Origin: a bacterium
GTDB taxonomy: Bacteria; Ratteibacteria; UBA8468; B48-G9; DSTR01
Length of the DNA: 64,000 nucleotides
Assembly (NCBI GenBank): GCA_029551285.1
Contig: JAKPFT010000081.1
Location: forward strand, 18,620-82,619
Direction of reading: 5' to 3'
Shown: piece after piece, positions 9,031 to 18,391 of the stretch
Numbering within the stretch: position 1 is the stretch's first letter
Layout of the letters: every line of letters starts with the position of its first letter
The notes under the pieces: generated by a model
The model's input: the letters and a program-made list of their open reading frames with translations, nothing else
Told to the model about the DNA's origin: nothing
The model's database searches: none
Made by a program: the position numbers and the translations under genes

Positions 9031-12000
9031 TTAACCGATCCTGATACTGTCTTTATCAAACAAATTTCGCAGTTCTTCCAGCAGGTCCAGGGTTGGATTA
9101 ACCGAAAGATTCTTCGCCCTGATTCTGACAGCGCCGGCCCGGGGCTGGATGAGCCGTAAATAGACCGAACAACTGCCCCGATGCTTGAGACAGATACTGC
9201 GCAACGTCTCCATCTTTTCTTTGGCCACCGGTAGCACCAGAGTGACCTCCAGCTGACTGTTCACCCGTTCGGCAATAGTATTGAGACTGGCCACTTCTTC
9301 CGCTACCATCTTGGTTGCCTCCCCGCGGTGTTCAATCCTGCCCTTGACAAACACGATATTGCTTACCCGGATCAGCCCCGAAAATTCCTCAAAAACCTTC
9401 GGGTAAAAGACGACCTCCAGTTTGCCGTCAAGGTCTTCCAGTTCAATCACAGCCATCCGTTCGCCTTTCCGGGTATTCAAGCGCCGGAGAGAGGCAACAA
9501 TCCCACCCAGCCAGAGGCAGGTGTTGTCCTTCACCTGGCTGACCTGGCCGAGGGAAATCGGGCAGTAGGTGCGAAGCACCGAAACGGCTTTCTCCAGGGG
9601 ATGTCCGGTCAGGTATACCCCTAACATATCTTTTTCGTAGGCGAGAAGTTTGGCCTCCGACCATTCCGGAAGGTTTCTGATGGCCTCGTAGTTAACCCTG
9701 GGAACAATGCGGTGTTCGGAAGCGGCAAAGATAGCCATCTCACTGCCGCTGTTTAATTTCTGCACCTGATTACCGTGCTCCACCGCATCTTCTATCAGCG
9801 CAAATAATTGCGAACGGGGCATCTCCAGAAAGTCAAAGGCTCCTGCTTTAATCAGACTTTCCATTACCTTCCGGTTCACCGCCCGCAGGTCAACGCGTTC
9901 ACAAAAATCAAAGAGGGACTTGAACGGACCGGCCTGTCGGGCTTTCACAATAGAACGAATGGCTCCGGAGCCAACATTCTTAATAGCAGCCAGAGCAAAG
10001 ACGATATCGTTGCCCATGATTTTGAAGTTGCCTTCACTTTCTTCAATATCCGGCGGCAAAATCCAGATGTTCATCCGTTCACACTCGGCAATGTACTCGG
10101 CGATTTTATCGGTATTGCCGATTTCGCTGTTGAGCAAAGATGTCATAAATTCCAGCGGATGGTTGGCCTTAAGATAGGCGGTCTGGTAGGAGAGGACAGC
10201 ATAACCGGTGCTGTGGGACTTATTGAAACCATATCCGGCAAACTGCTCCACCTGCTTGAAGACATGCTCGGCTGTTTTCTCCGGGACACCACGCTGTTTT
10301 GCTCCAGCAATAAATCTCTCCTTCAACTTCTCCATTTCCTCCCGGTCCTTCTTACTCATCGCCTTGCGCAGATGGTCAGCCTCAGCCATAGTGAAATTGC
10401 TGAAATGATGGGCAATCTGCATAGCCTGTTCCTGGTAGACAATGACTCCGTAGGTACCTTTCAAAATGGGTTCCAGGAGCGGATGGTCGTACTCAACCAG
10501 GTCAGGATTCCGGCGCCTCTGGATATAAACATCCAGCGTACCGCTTTTCATCACCCCCGGTCGGTAGAGGGCTAAAATGGCAATCAGGTCCTCAAACTTC
10601 TCCGGTTTGATCTGCCGCAGCAGGTCCTGCATCCCTTTGCTTTCCAGCTGGAAGATACCAAGGGATTCTCCGCGGGAGAGAAGCTGGTAGGTTTTCTCGT
10701 CATCCAGGGGAAAATCATTCAGGCTAATCCCCTTGCGCTGTCGGACTAATTTGACCGTCTCATCAATCACCGAAAGGGTCTTCAAACCGAGGAGGTCCAC
10801 CTTCAGCAAACCGACGGTGGCTACCTGGTTCATATCAAACTGGGTGGCTGCTTCACCGGCCGCATTCTTAAACAGGGGAACATACTCGGTGACAGGCCTG
10901 TCGGTAATAACCACGCCAGCGGCATGAATGGAGGCATGTCGCGCCAGTCCTTCCAGTTTAAGAGAGATGTCAAACAACTTTTTCATTCTGGGGTCAGCCT
11001 CAACAAGATTTTTGATTTCCGGATTGTGCTGCATTTCCACCTTCAGGCTGGCCCCCGGCTCCGAAGAAATCAGCTTGGTAATTCGGTCAAGTTCTCCGAA
11101 ACTGATGTTCAGCGCCCGGCCCACATCCTTTACCACCGCCCGGGCAGCCATGGTACCGAAGGTGCCAATCTGGGCAACATTTTCCCGACCGTACTTTGAG
11201 CGTAAATACTGAATTACTTCCTCCCGGCGGTAGTCGCAGAAATCAACATCAATATCAGGCAGGGTAATCCGGTCTGGATTAAGAAAACGCTCAAAAAACA
11301 GGTCGTACTGGAGAGGATTGATCTCGGTGATGCCCAGAAGGTAAGCCACCAGACTGCCCACTGCGGAACCGCGGCCTGGTCCCACTCTGATGCCCCGGCG
11401 TTTTGCCTCAGAGACAAAATCCTGAATGATGAGAAAGTAACTGGCAAAACCCATCCGGATAATGGTCATCAACTCAAACCGCGCTCTTTCTATCACTTCG
11501 TTACTGACGCTCCTGTCCAGCACGCCATCCCAGTCAAGGTGGCATTTTTCCTTCAGACCCTGCTGCACCTGTTTCCGGAGATACTCCTCAGGGGTCAAAC
11601 CGTCCGGAGGGTGAAAAACCGGCAGGTGGTAGGTATTGAAATTCATCTGGACCGTGCAGCGTTCGGCAATTTCCAGGGTATTCTTGACCGTTTCAGGAAT
11701 TTCACTGAAAATGGCTGCCATCTCTTCCGGCGATTTGAAATAGAATTGGTCAGTGGCAAACTTCAGGTGGCGTGGGTCCTCCAGATTGGTATTGGTCTGG
11801 ATGCACAGCAGCGCTTCGTGGGCCACGGCGTCCTGTTGTCTCAGGTAATGGCAATCGTTGGTCGCGACCGGTCTGGCTCCCAGACGCCGTCCTAACTCTA
11901 TCAGCAAACGGTTTACCTGCCGCTGCTGCGGCATCCCGTTGTCCATCAGTTCCAGGTAAACATTATCCCTGCCTGCGATCTCCTGGTACCGGCCCAGAAC

Positions 12001-12474
12001 CTGAGCGGCCTTTTCCACTTCGTTCTGCGCCAGCAGGGTGGGGATTTCACCTTTCAGACAGCCGGTGAGCCAGATTAACCCGCGACTGTGCCGGCTGAGA
12101 ATTTCGCAGTCAGTTCTTGGCCGCCAGTAAAATCCTTCCAGATAGGCATCCGTGGAAAGCTCCAGCAGATGATGATAGCCGGTTTCATTCTCGGCCAGAA
12201 GGGTAAGATGAAAACAAGCCTCCTTGCTGCTGGTGGAACCGGTTTCCTTCCGGCTTCCCGGCGCCAGATACATCTCGCTGCCGATGATCGGTTTGACCCC
12301 GTGTTTGATGGCTTCCTGATAGAAGTTCACCACTCCGTGAAGATTGCCGTGGTCGGTGATGGCCACCGCTGGCATCTGGTACTGCCGGGCCTGCCTGGCA
12401 ACTTCCTCAATCCGGCACATACCATCCAGAAGGCTGTACTCCGTGTGAAGATGCAGATGAACAAATTTATTCAT
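9031..12474 (-). CDS. dnaE: DNA polymerase III alpha subunit
   Basis: 1147 aa. N-terminal PHP domain (HLHLHTEYSLLDG), polymerase core, HhH, and C-terminal OB fold. Confidence 0.95.
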   Translation of the reverse strand: MNKFVHLHLHTEYSLLDGMCRIEEVARQARQYQMPAVAITDHGNLHGVVNFYQEAIKHGVKPIIGSEMYLAPGSRKETGSTSSKEACFHLTLLAENETGYHHLLELSTDAYLEGFYWRPRTDCEILSRHSRGLIWLTGCLKGEIPTLLAQNEVEKAAQVLGRYQEIAGRDNVYLELMDNGMPQQRQVNRLLIELGRRLGARPVATNDCHYLRQQDAVAHEALLCIQTNTNLEDPRHLKFATDQFYFKSPEEMAAIFSEIPETVKNTLEIAERCTVQMNFNTYHLPVFHPPDGLTPEEYLRKQVQQGLKEKCHLDWDGVLDRSVSNEVIERARFELMTIIRMGFASYFLIIQDFVSEAKRRGIRVGPGRGSAVGSLVAYLLGITEINPLQYDLFFERFLNPDRITLPDIDVDFCDYRREEVIQYLRSKYGRENVAQIGTFGTMAARAVVKDVGRALNISFGELDRITKLISSEPGASLKVEMQHNPEIKNLVEADPRMKKLFDISLKLEGLARHASIHAAGVVITDRPVTEYVPLFKNAAGEAATQFDMNQVATVGLLKVDLLGLKTLSVIDETVKLVRQRKGISLNDFPLDDEKTYQLLSRGESLGIFQLESKGMQDLLRQIKPEKFEDLIAILALYRPGVMKSGTLDVYIQRRRNPDLVEYDHPLLEPILKGTYGVIVYQEQAMQIAHHFSNFTMAEADHLRKAMSKKDREEMEKLKERFIAGAKQRGVPEKTAEHVFKQVEQFAGYGFNKSHSTGYAVLSYQTAYLKANHPLEFMTSLLNSEIGNTDKIAEYIAECERMNIWILPPDIEESEGNFKIMGNDIVFALAAIKNVGSGAIRSIVKARQAGPFKSLFDFCERVDLRAVNRKVMESLIKAGAFDFLEMPRSQLFALIEDAVEHGNQVQKLNSGSEMAIFAASEHRIVPRVNYEAIRNLPEWSEAKLLAYEKDMLGVYLTGHPLEKAVSVLRTYCPISLGQVSQVKDNTCLWLGGIVASLRRLNTRKGERMAVIELEDLDGKLEVVFYPKVFEEFSGLIRVSNIVFVKGRIEHRGEATKMVAEEVASLNTIAERVNSQLEVTLVLPVAKEKMETLRSICLKHRGSCSVYLRLIQPRAGAVRIRAKNLSVNPTLDLLEELRNLFDKDSIRIG

Positions 12475-13385
12475 GGACTCGTCAACCGGTTACTGATTTT
12501 TTCCCGGGCTAAAAAGTCTTCCCTGACCCTGGATTTTTCGCCCGGCTTCCCCAGAAGACGAAAAAGAAACAGGGTTTGCTCCGGAGAAAGTTGTTCCATG
12601 CGTACCGTGGCCGGCAGCCCTGCCTGCTTCAACCTGGCCTCAAAAACAGCCTTGTCCACGTTGAATATCTTTTCAAGAACATTGGAAAGTTTCTTCCGGC
12701 GAAAACGAAAAGATAGCGACAGAAAACTCTCAAATTCTTGAAGGTCTTTTCCAGGAAGCTTCGGCTCAGCATAGGGTAAAATTTTCACCACCACGGAATC
12801 AACTTCCGGCTGAGGGAAGAATACTGTTTTCTTCAGAGCGTAACATATCCGGGCACTGGCGTAAAGAGAAAGAAGCACCGAAACCGGCGCGTAATCCTTG
12901 CTTCCGCATCCGGCTACCAGCCGCTGGCCAACCTCTTTCTGAACAGTGAGCAGTATCAGGGACAACCGCTGGAAATGGGGCAACAGGTGGCAGACAATCG
13001 CCGTGGAAAGATTGTAAGGCGTATTGCTGATTACCTTCACCTTCTCGGGAAGTGTGTCCCACCAGGCAGCATCGCTTTTCAGAAAATCCTGTTCCAGCAG
13101 AACCAGCCCCGGGCGCTGTCCCAGACGTTGCCGGAGCAACCGGCAAAACCTGGCGTCTACCTCAAAGGCATAGACCCGGGCCACCTTCTCCAGCAAAACT
13201 TCGGTCAGAGCACCCAGCCCGGCCCCAATCTCTATTACCACATCGTCCCTGCTCAGGTCAGCAAAAGAGAGCAGTTTGTCCCGTCCCTGACGGTCAATCA
13301 GAAGGTTCTGACCGCGTGACTTCTTCAGGTCAATACCTTCCTGTTTTAGAACCGCCTTTACCTGGGTCAGGGTCAGAAAGTCCAC
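12471..13385 (-). CDS. rsmA: 16S rRNA (adenine1518/1519-N6)-dimethyltransferase
   Basis: KsgA family. SAM-binding motif VIEIGAGLGALT. Start overlaps the dnaE stop. Confidence 0.85.
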   Translation of the reverse strand: MDFLTLTQVKAVLKQEGIDLKKSRGQNLLIDRQGRDKLLSFADLSRDDVVIEIGAGLGALTEVLLEKVARVYAFEVDARFCRLLRQRLGQRPGLVLLEQDFLKSDAAWWDTLPEKVKVISNTPYNLSTAIVCHLLPHFQRLSLILLTVQKEVGQRLVAGCGSKDYAPVSVLLSLYASARICYALKKTVFFPQPEVDSVVVKILPYAEPKLPGKDLQEFESFLSLSFRFRRKKLSNVLEKIFNVDKAVFEARLKQAGLPATVRMEQLSPEQTLFLFRLLGKPGEKSRVREDFLAREKISNRLTSP

Positions 13386-13426
13386 CCGGTCTTACCTCCT
13401 GCTGCTTACCGGCAAGTGATACCCTT

Positions 13427-16400
13427 TTATCCAGTCCGGTCCAGTTCAAACTTGACCGTGATAATCTGATAGGGCTGATAAGAAAAACTGACGCCTTCTG
13501 CTCCGTAGCGCTCGGCGAGAAGATGCTCGGGTTGCTCCAGCAGATTGCAGAGCCAGACCCGGCCAAAGGTTAACCGTGGCAGATTTAACTTCAGACAGAC
13601 CTGCCCGGCGGTGTTGAAAGCCTCATAAAGTCTGAGAATCAGACTTTTTCTGTCCTGCCCCATTTTGGCTGTCTCCACCAGAAGATGGCTCCTGTCTCTT
13701 CCGGCTTCCTTCAGAACAAGATGGGCCCCCTTTAGTTCTGGCCGGACAAACCCGCGGCAGCATAGCACCGGCTGATTAAACTGGCCGGCATACTCTGGCA
13801 CCCTGGCAGCCGACCAGCGGCCCCGGTGCGGATAAAGAGCATAAGAGAAAACATGGTGGCCCCGGTCAGCCTGGCTATCCGGGGAAATACTGCTGCGCAG
13901 AAGTGTCAGACGAAACTCACCACGGCTAAAACTGTGGCCATATTTGCCATCATTGATGAGGGCCAGACCTGCTTCCTCCCGCGATAAATCCACCCAGCGC
14001 TGCGCCGGGACCTCAAAACGGGCCTGTTCGTAGGAAGTATTGGTGTGGCTTGGCCTTTCCAGGGCTCCAAACTGGACCTCACAGGTAGCCTGAGCGGTCC
14101 TGAAAGCTGTGGGAAACCAGGCCTTCAGGACACATTCCCTTTCCTGCCAGTTCACCTCGGTGAGAATCCTCACCATCGGTTCTTTGCGGAAAAGGTAGAG
14201 ATGTTGAACCACGGTGGAGTGCCCGATCTTTCTGACAAGGGTGGCTTTCTGAAAGAGGACTGTCTCCACCAGCGACAGCGGCCTCAGCAGGGAACCGCCT
14301 CGCTGGTACAACATTGATTGGTGAACCTCATCTAAATTCCAGGCGCTCATTTTGGGGTCAAGGGACTTATCCTGATAGAGTTCCAGGATATTCAGCCCGG
14401 GCTGACCGGCCAGTTCCAAAACCGGCTGCTTCAACTTCAAAGAGACGATGGTTCCACTTTCCGGGTCCAGCCGTAACCTGCAAAAAGCATTCTCCAGAAC
14501 TGGCTCTTCCCTGCGCTTTTTCTGTCGCACTCTTTCGGGCTTGCCTGCGGAGGCAGACTTCAGCGCTATCTCAGCGAAACTCCACGGCGCCAGATTTTCC
14601 ACTTCCACCCAGAGGGATTTTTCATCCCGGGCCCACGGAAAGGCTACCGGGGCCGGCCAATCACCTGGCAGTTGCAAATAGCCGCTCCAGTTCCAGGAAA
14701 AGGGATTGAAAACTGTCAGGGAGCTTTCAGCCGGTTGACTGAGCCTGGTCCAGACCTCATGTTGAAGCTTCCGACAGACATCCTTAACGGCTTTTAGTTG
14801 TCTGTTGCTTTCCCGATAAACCTCGCCAATGGAAGAACCGGGAAGAATGTCATGAAACTGGTTAACCAGCACTGTCTTCCAGGCCTGCTCCAGGGTAGTC
14901 TGGACGCTTTGAGGCTCAGGCAAAAACCAGGAGAAAATTTCTGTTGCCTTCAGCGAGTTTTCCGCTTCCCGGTTGAGTTTCTTGACGGTGGCCTGGGTCG
15001 TGTATGTTCCCCGATGGAATTCTAAATATAGTTCCCCGACCCAGACCGGCAGTTTCTGGCCCTGCGCCTGGCGCAGCAGACATCTGCGGAAATTTTCCAG
15101 GGTCGCTTCCTTCACCCGGACATTGCCGGAAAGACCCTGCCTTAAAATCTGGAAACGCCTCACCATCGCTTCTTTCGGGCCACCGCCCCCATCGCCATAG
15201 CCGAACGGTATCAGTTGACAGCGACAGGCCTGGCTCTGGCGGTATACCTGATATGTCCGGTAAACCTGCTGCGGGGAAAGGATGGTGTTACAGGTGGCGT
15301 AACCGGAAGCAGTTGGCGTCACCAGAAAGTGAGCGAGAATCTGGCTGCCATCAATACCTTCCCACCAGAAGGTGTGGTAAGGGAAGTCATTGGTTTCATT
15401 CCAGCTGATCTTGGAGGTGATGAACAGTTTGATGCCACTCCGGGACAAAATCTGCGGCAGATTGGCGGAAAACCCGAAAGAATCAGGCAGCCACACTGTT
15501 TGACAGTCAACGCCAAATTCTTTTTTGAAAAATTCCTTCCCGTAAAGAACCTGTCTGATAAGAGATTCACCACCCGGCAGGTTGGTATCACACTCCACCC
15601 AGAGAGCGCCGGAAGCATCCCAGCGCCCCTGCCGGGCCAGTTCTTGAATCTGCTGGTAGAGGGCCGGGGCATCTTCCGTCAGGTACTGGTAGAGCTGCGC
15701 CTGGCCCTGTTGAAAAATCCAGTAAGGATAATTTTTCAGGAGAAAAACCTGGGTGGCAAAAGTTCTAATAGCTTTCTCCCGCGTCACCGCAAGTTCCCAG
15801 AGCCAGGCAAGGTCAAGGTGGGCGTGACCGAAAGCATACAGAGTAAAAGGTAAGGTTTTCTCCTGGCCCAGAAGGTTCTCCCGGAGAAAGCCTGCCACCT
15901 GGCGGCAACTTTGTTCCAGGTTTTCCGGGTAAAGGAAATCTATTCTCCGGAAGGCTTCATGCAGAATGGCGTAGTAAGGCTCTGCCGCTGCCTTTTCCTG
16001 GTCAAGCACCTGGGCCATCTCCACCAGGCAACCGAAAAGTTCTGACAGATTGAAAATCGCTTTGCTTACCCGGCGCAGTTCTAATTTCTGGAGAACCTGC
16101 GGTCCGAAACTGGCCAAACTCCCCCAGTGAGCACCGCTGTACAGTCTTATCTGCAGCTTCAACTTCCGACCGGGCTCAAGCGCCGGCAGGGAAACAGGCT
16201 GCCGGTCATCCCAGATCGCCGTGGCCAGCCCGGAATACATCTTTCCGTCAAGATAGACCAGGCCCTCGGTAATCGTTCCCCAGTCCAGAAACACCTGCAG
16301 GAACTCGTTCTCAGGGTCATACTCCGGCACGACAAAATCCTTAACCAGATACCAGTAACGGCCATCTGGCTGAAGGACGCTGCCGAAATTTACCATTCTA

Positions 16401-16558
16401 ACCCGTTTCCCTGGACAGGCCACCTCTTCCGGTTTGTCCCCGGCCAGGTGAAGCTGGACTGGTAACAGATTGAATATTTCTTTTACCGCCAGCTCGTCCA
16501 GGTCCTGGCGCCGGTTAGTTAGAAATTTCTTTAACGATTCGGAAGGCCAGTAAGCCAC
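13427..16558 (-). CDS. glycoside hydrolase family 38 alpha-mannosidase-like protein
   Basis: 1043 aa. GH38 N-terminal motif AFGHAHLDLAWLW (HxHxDxxW). GYGDGGGGP loop and C-terminal beta-sandwich. Confidence 0.8.
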   Translation of the reverse strand: MAYWPSESLKKFLTNRRQDLDELAVKEIFNLLPVQLHLAGDKPEEVACPGKRVRMVNFGSVLQPDGRYWYLVKDFVVPEYDPENEFLQVFLDWGTITEGLVYLDGKMYSGLATAIWDDRQPVSLPALEPGRKLKLQIRLYSGAHWGSLASFGPQVLQKLELRRVSKAIFNLSELFGCLVEMAQVLDQEKAAAEPYYAILHEAFRRIDFLYPENLEQSCRQVAGFLRENLLGQEKTLPFTLYAFGHAHLDLAWLWELAVTREKAIRTFATQVFLLKNYPYWIFQQGQAQLYQYLTEDAPALYQQIQELARQGRWDASGALWVECDTNLPGGESLIRQVLYGKEFFKKEFGVDCQTVWLPDSFGFSANLPQILSRSGIKLFITSKISWNETNDFPYHTFWWEGIDGSQILAHFLVTPTASGYATCNTILSPQQVYRTYQVYRQSQACRCQLIPFGYGDGGGGPKEAMVRRFQILRQGLSGNVRVKEATLENFRRCLLRQAQGQKLPVWVGELYLEFHRGTYTTQATVKKLNREAENSLKATEIFSWFLPEPQSVQTTLEQAWKTVLVNQFHDILPGSSIGEVYRESNRQLKAVKDVCRKLQHEVWTRLSQPAESSLTVFNPFSWNWSGYLQLPGDWPAPVAFPWARDEKSLWVEVENLAPWSFAEIALKSASAGKPERVRQKKRREEPVLENAFCRLRLDPESGTIVSLKLKQPVLELAGQPGLNILELYQDKSLDPKMSAWNLDEVHQSMLYQRGGSLLRPLSLVETVLFQKATLVRKIGHSTVVQHLYLFRKEPMVRILTEVNWQERECVLKAWFPTAFRTAQATCEVQFGALERPSHTNTSYEQARFEVPAQRWVDLSREEAGLALINDGKYGHSFSRGEFRLTLLRSSISPDSQADRGHHVFSYALYPHRGRWSAARVPEYAGQFNQPVLCCRGFVRPELKGAHLVLKEAGRDRSHLLVETAKMGQDRKSLILRLYEAFNTAGQVCLKLNLPRLTFGRVWLCNLLEQPEHLLAERYGAEGVSFSYQPYQIITVKFELDRTG

Positions 16559-16616
16559 TGTCTCCTCCTGTTTCCTGAGTTACCTTTTCTGGCGGGGAAA
16601 ATACTCTTAAAGGAAA

Positions 16617-17432
16617 TCACTTCTCCGCAACAAAAACCCTGACCGGAATTTTCTTCTGAAGTTGTTCCAGAAGGTTGGAAAAAGCCTGGGCATATTTTTT
16701 CTGGTAGAGTTCCTCCCTGACCCGGTTCATCATTTCCCGGGGAAGACTTTTTTCCTTCACCTCAGTCACCACAAAGACATGCCACCGTGTCTCCACCATC
16801 ACCGGTTCTGTCAACTGTCCCGGAGCAGTTCGGGTTACCACCGCCTGCACCGCTGGCTTGATTTCGTCGTGGGCCAGCCAGCCTACATCTTCCAGTTCCG
16901 ATATTTTCCCCGGGTTCCAGGCCCGGTAAAAGTTGTCGGCCTCTTCCCTGGAAGTAAAATCCTTTCCCTTGAGGTAGTAAAGGGGCTGCGTCTGAAACTG
17001 TTTGCTGGCCTGGAGTACTTCCCCGGCGCTGACCTTAACTTCCCGGCCAATTTTCTCCGCCAGGAAGGCTCTCACCTTCAGGTTGTCTTCTAAATTCTTC
17101 AGGAAGCCTTCGTAAGAGAAATTGTTTTCTTTTAATTTTTGCCGCCAGGCCTGCTCGCCACCCAGCCTCTTCCGGATAGCCGCCACCTCCTGTCTCAACT
17201 CCTCTCTGGTAATCTGCACTTTCTCCTCTTCCGCTGCCACCAGCAGCAATTTTTGAGTAATCATCCGGCTGAGGGCTGTCCGGTAATCAACCCTGTCCTC
17301 CTGCATACACCGACGAACCTCACTTTCTAAGACGGCTTTCCGGCCGACCAGCGCCACCGTTTTATCATCAGAGTACAGACCACTGGCCGCCAGCGTCCAG
17401 ACTGACAGCAGCAGCATAAACTTTTTTTTCAC
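16617..17432 (-). CDS. periplasmic chaperone, SurA N-terminal-domain-like
   Basis: Signal peptide MKKKFMLLLSVWTLAASG. Resembles the SurA/PpiD chaperone domain. No clear parvulin domain. Confidence 0.45.
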   Translation of the reverse strand: MKKKFMLLLSVWTLAASGLYSDDKTVALVGRKAVLESEVRRCMQEDRVDYRTALSRMITQKLLLVAAEEEKVQITREELRQEVAAIRKRLGGEQAWRQKLKENNFSYEGFLKNLEDNLKVRAFLAEKIGREVKVSAGEVLQASKQFQTQPLYYLKGKDFTSREEADNFYRAWNPGKISELEDVGWLAHDEIKPAVQAVVTRTAPGQLTEPVMVETRWHVFVVTEVKEKSLPREMMNRVREELYQKKYAQAFSNLLEQLQKKIPVRVFVAEK

Positions 17433-18364
17433 TGGAGTTGCTCCTTCAAAAGTTCAAGTTTTCCCTCATAAATTTTTACCGCACAGCGGTCCCGAAGCTC
17501 CTTGATGTATTTCTCTATCGCCGCTCGCTTTTCCTGAGCAATGAAAACGTTTCGCAGATAAGGTTTAGCCTCTTCAAAGCTCTGGAAACGTTCTGGTTCA
17601 TGCCCCACCAGTTTAATCAGATGGTATCCCAGGCTGGTCTTGATGACCTTGCCCAGGATCTGTCCCGGCTTCATCTGGGCCACCACTTCCTGCAGTACCG
17701 GGTCAAGTTTGTCCTTAGGAATCCAGCCCAGGTCTCCGCCCCTATCCCGGCTGCTGCTGATGGAGTCGCGGCGGGCCACCGCTTCAAAATCTTCTCCCAA
17801 AATAAGCCGGTTAAGGATATTTTCCGCATCCTCCTGGGTGGCCACCACTATTTCCTGCAGGCGGTATTTCTCCGGAATCAAAAAATCATTCAGGTGGGTT
17901 TGATAGTAACTGCGCAGTTGTTCCTCCGGTACCTGCAGCCGGGCCACGATTTCCTGTTCCACAAATTCTCTGACCAGTAACTCCTGGTAATACTGCTGGA
18001 CCAGCGGCTGTATCCGTGACTGGTAGCGGCGCCGCCTTTTTGAAGCCTCCTGAAGAAGAAGGTCCTGATTAATCTGGTCTTCCACAATGAGACGCACATC
18101 GCCCTTAAGGTATTCCTGGTAGACCTCAGGCGCTTTTTTAACCCTTCTGACAATCTCCTCAAGAGTCAAAACTCGGCCGTTGACGACCGCCACCGCATTT
18201 CTCTTTATCCACCAGTGATACCAGAGCCAGGAACCAATCACAATCATGACTACCGCGGCCAGCCCGGACCAGAACCGCCATTTCCGCCGGCCGGTCAGCA
18301 CGTGGCGAAGCCCAAGACGCACCTGGCTGCCCCACGCGGTGGGGAAAAGAGTCAAATTTCTCAA
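17429..18364 (-). CDS. membrane-anchored parvulin-type peptidyl-prolyl isomerase (PpiD/PrsA-like)
   Basis: N-terminal TM helix. C-terminal PpiC domain with GDLGWIPKDKL...LGYHLIKL. Confidence 0.7.
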   Translation of the reverse strand: MRNLTLFPTAWGSQVRLGLRHVLTGRRKWRFWSGLAAVVMIVIGSWLWYHWWIKRNAVAVVNGRVLTLEEIVRRVKKAPEVYQEYLKGDVRLIVEDQINQDLLLQEASKRRRRYQSRIQPLVQQYYQELLVREFVEQEIVARLQVPEEQLRSYYQTHLNDFLIPEKYRLQEIVVATQEDAENILNRLILGEDFEAVARRDSISSSRDRGGDLGWIPKDKLDPVLQEVVAQMKPGQILGKVIKTSLGYHLIKLVGHEPERFQSFEEAKPYLRNVFIAQEKRAAIEKYIKELRDRCAVKIYEGKLELLKEQLQ

Positions 18365-18391
18365 GAGTGCCTCATCCTGGTGACCGACCGG

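Noticed and set aside
9808-10575. 255-aa + strand ORF and several other 60-120-aa ORFs antisense to dnaE
   Set aside because: They lie entirely inside the well-supported dnaE coding region on the opposite strand. This is the typical antisense ORF artefact of GC-rich coding DNA.
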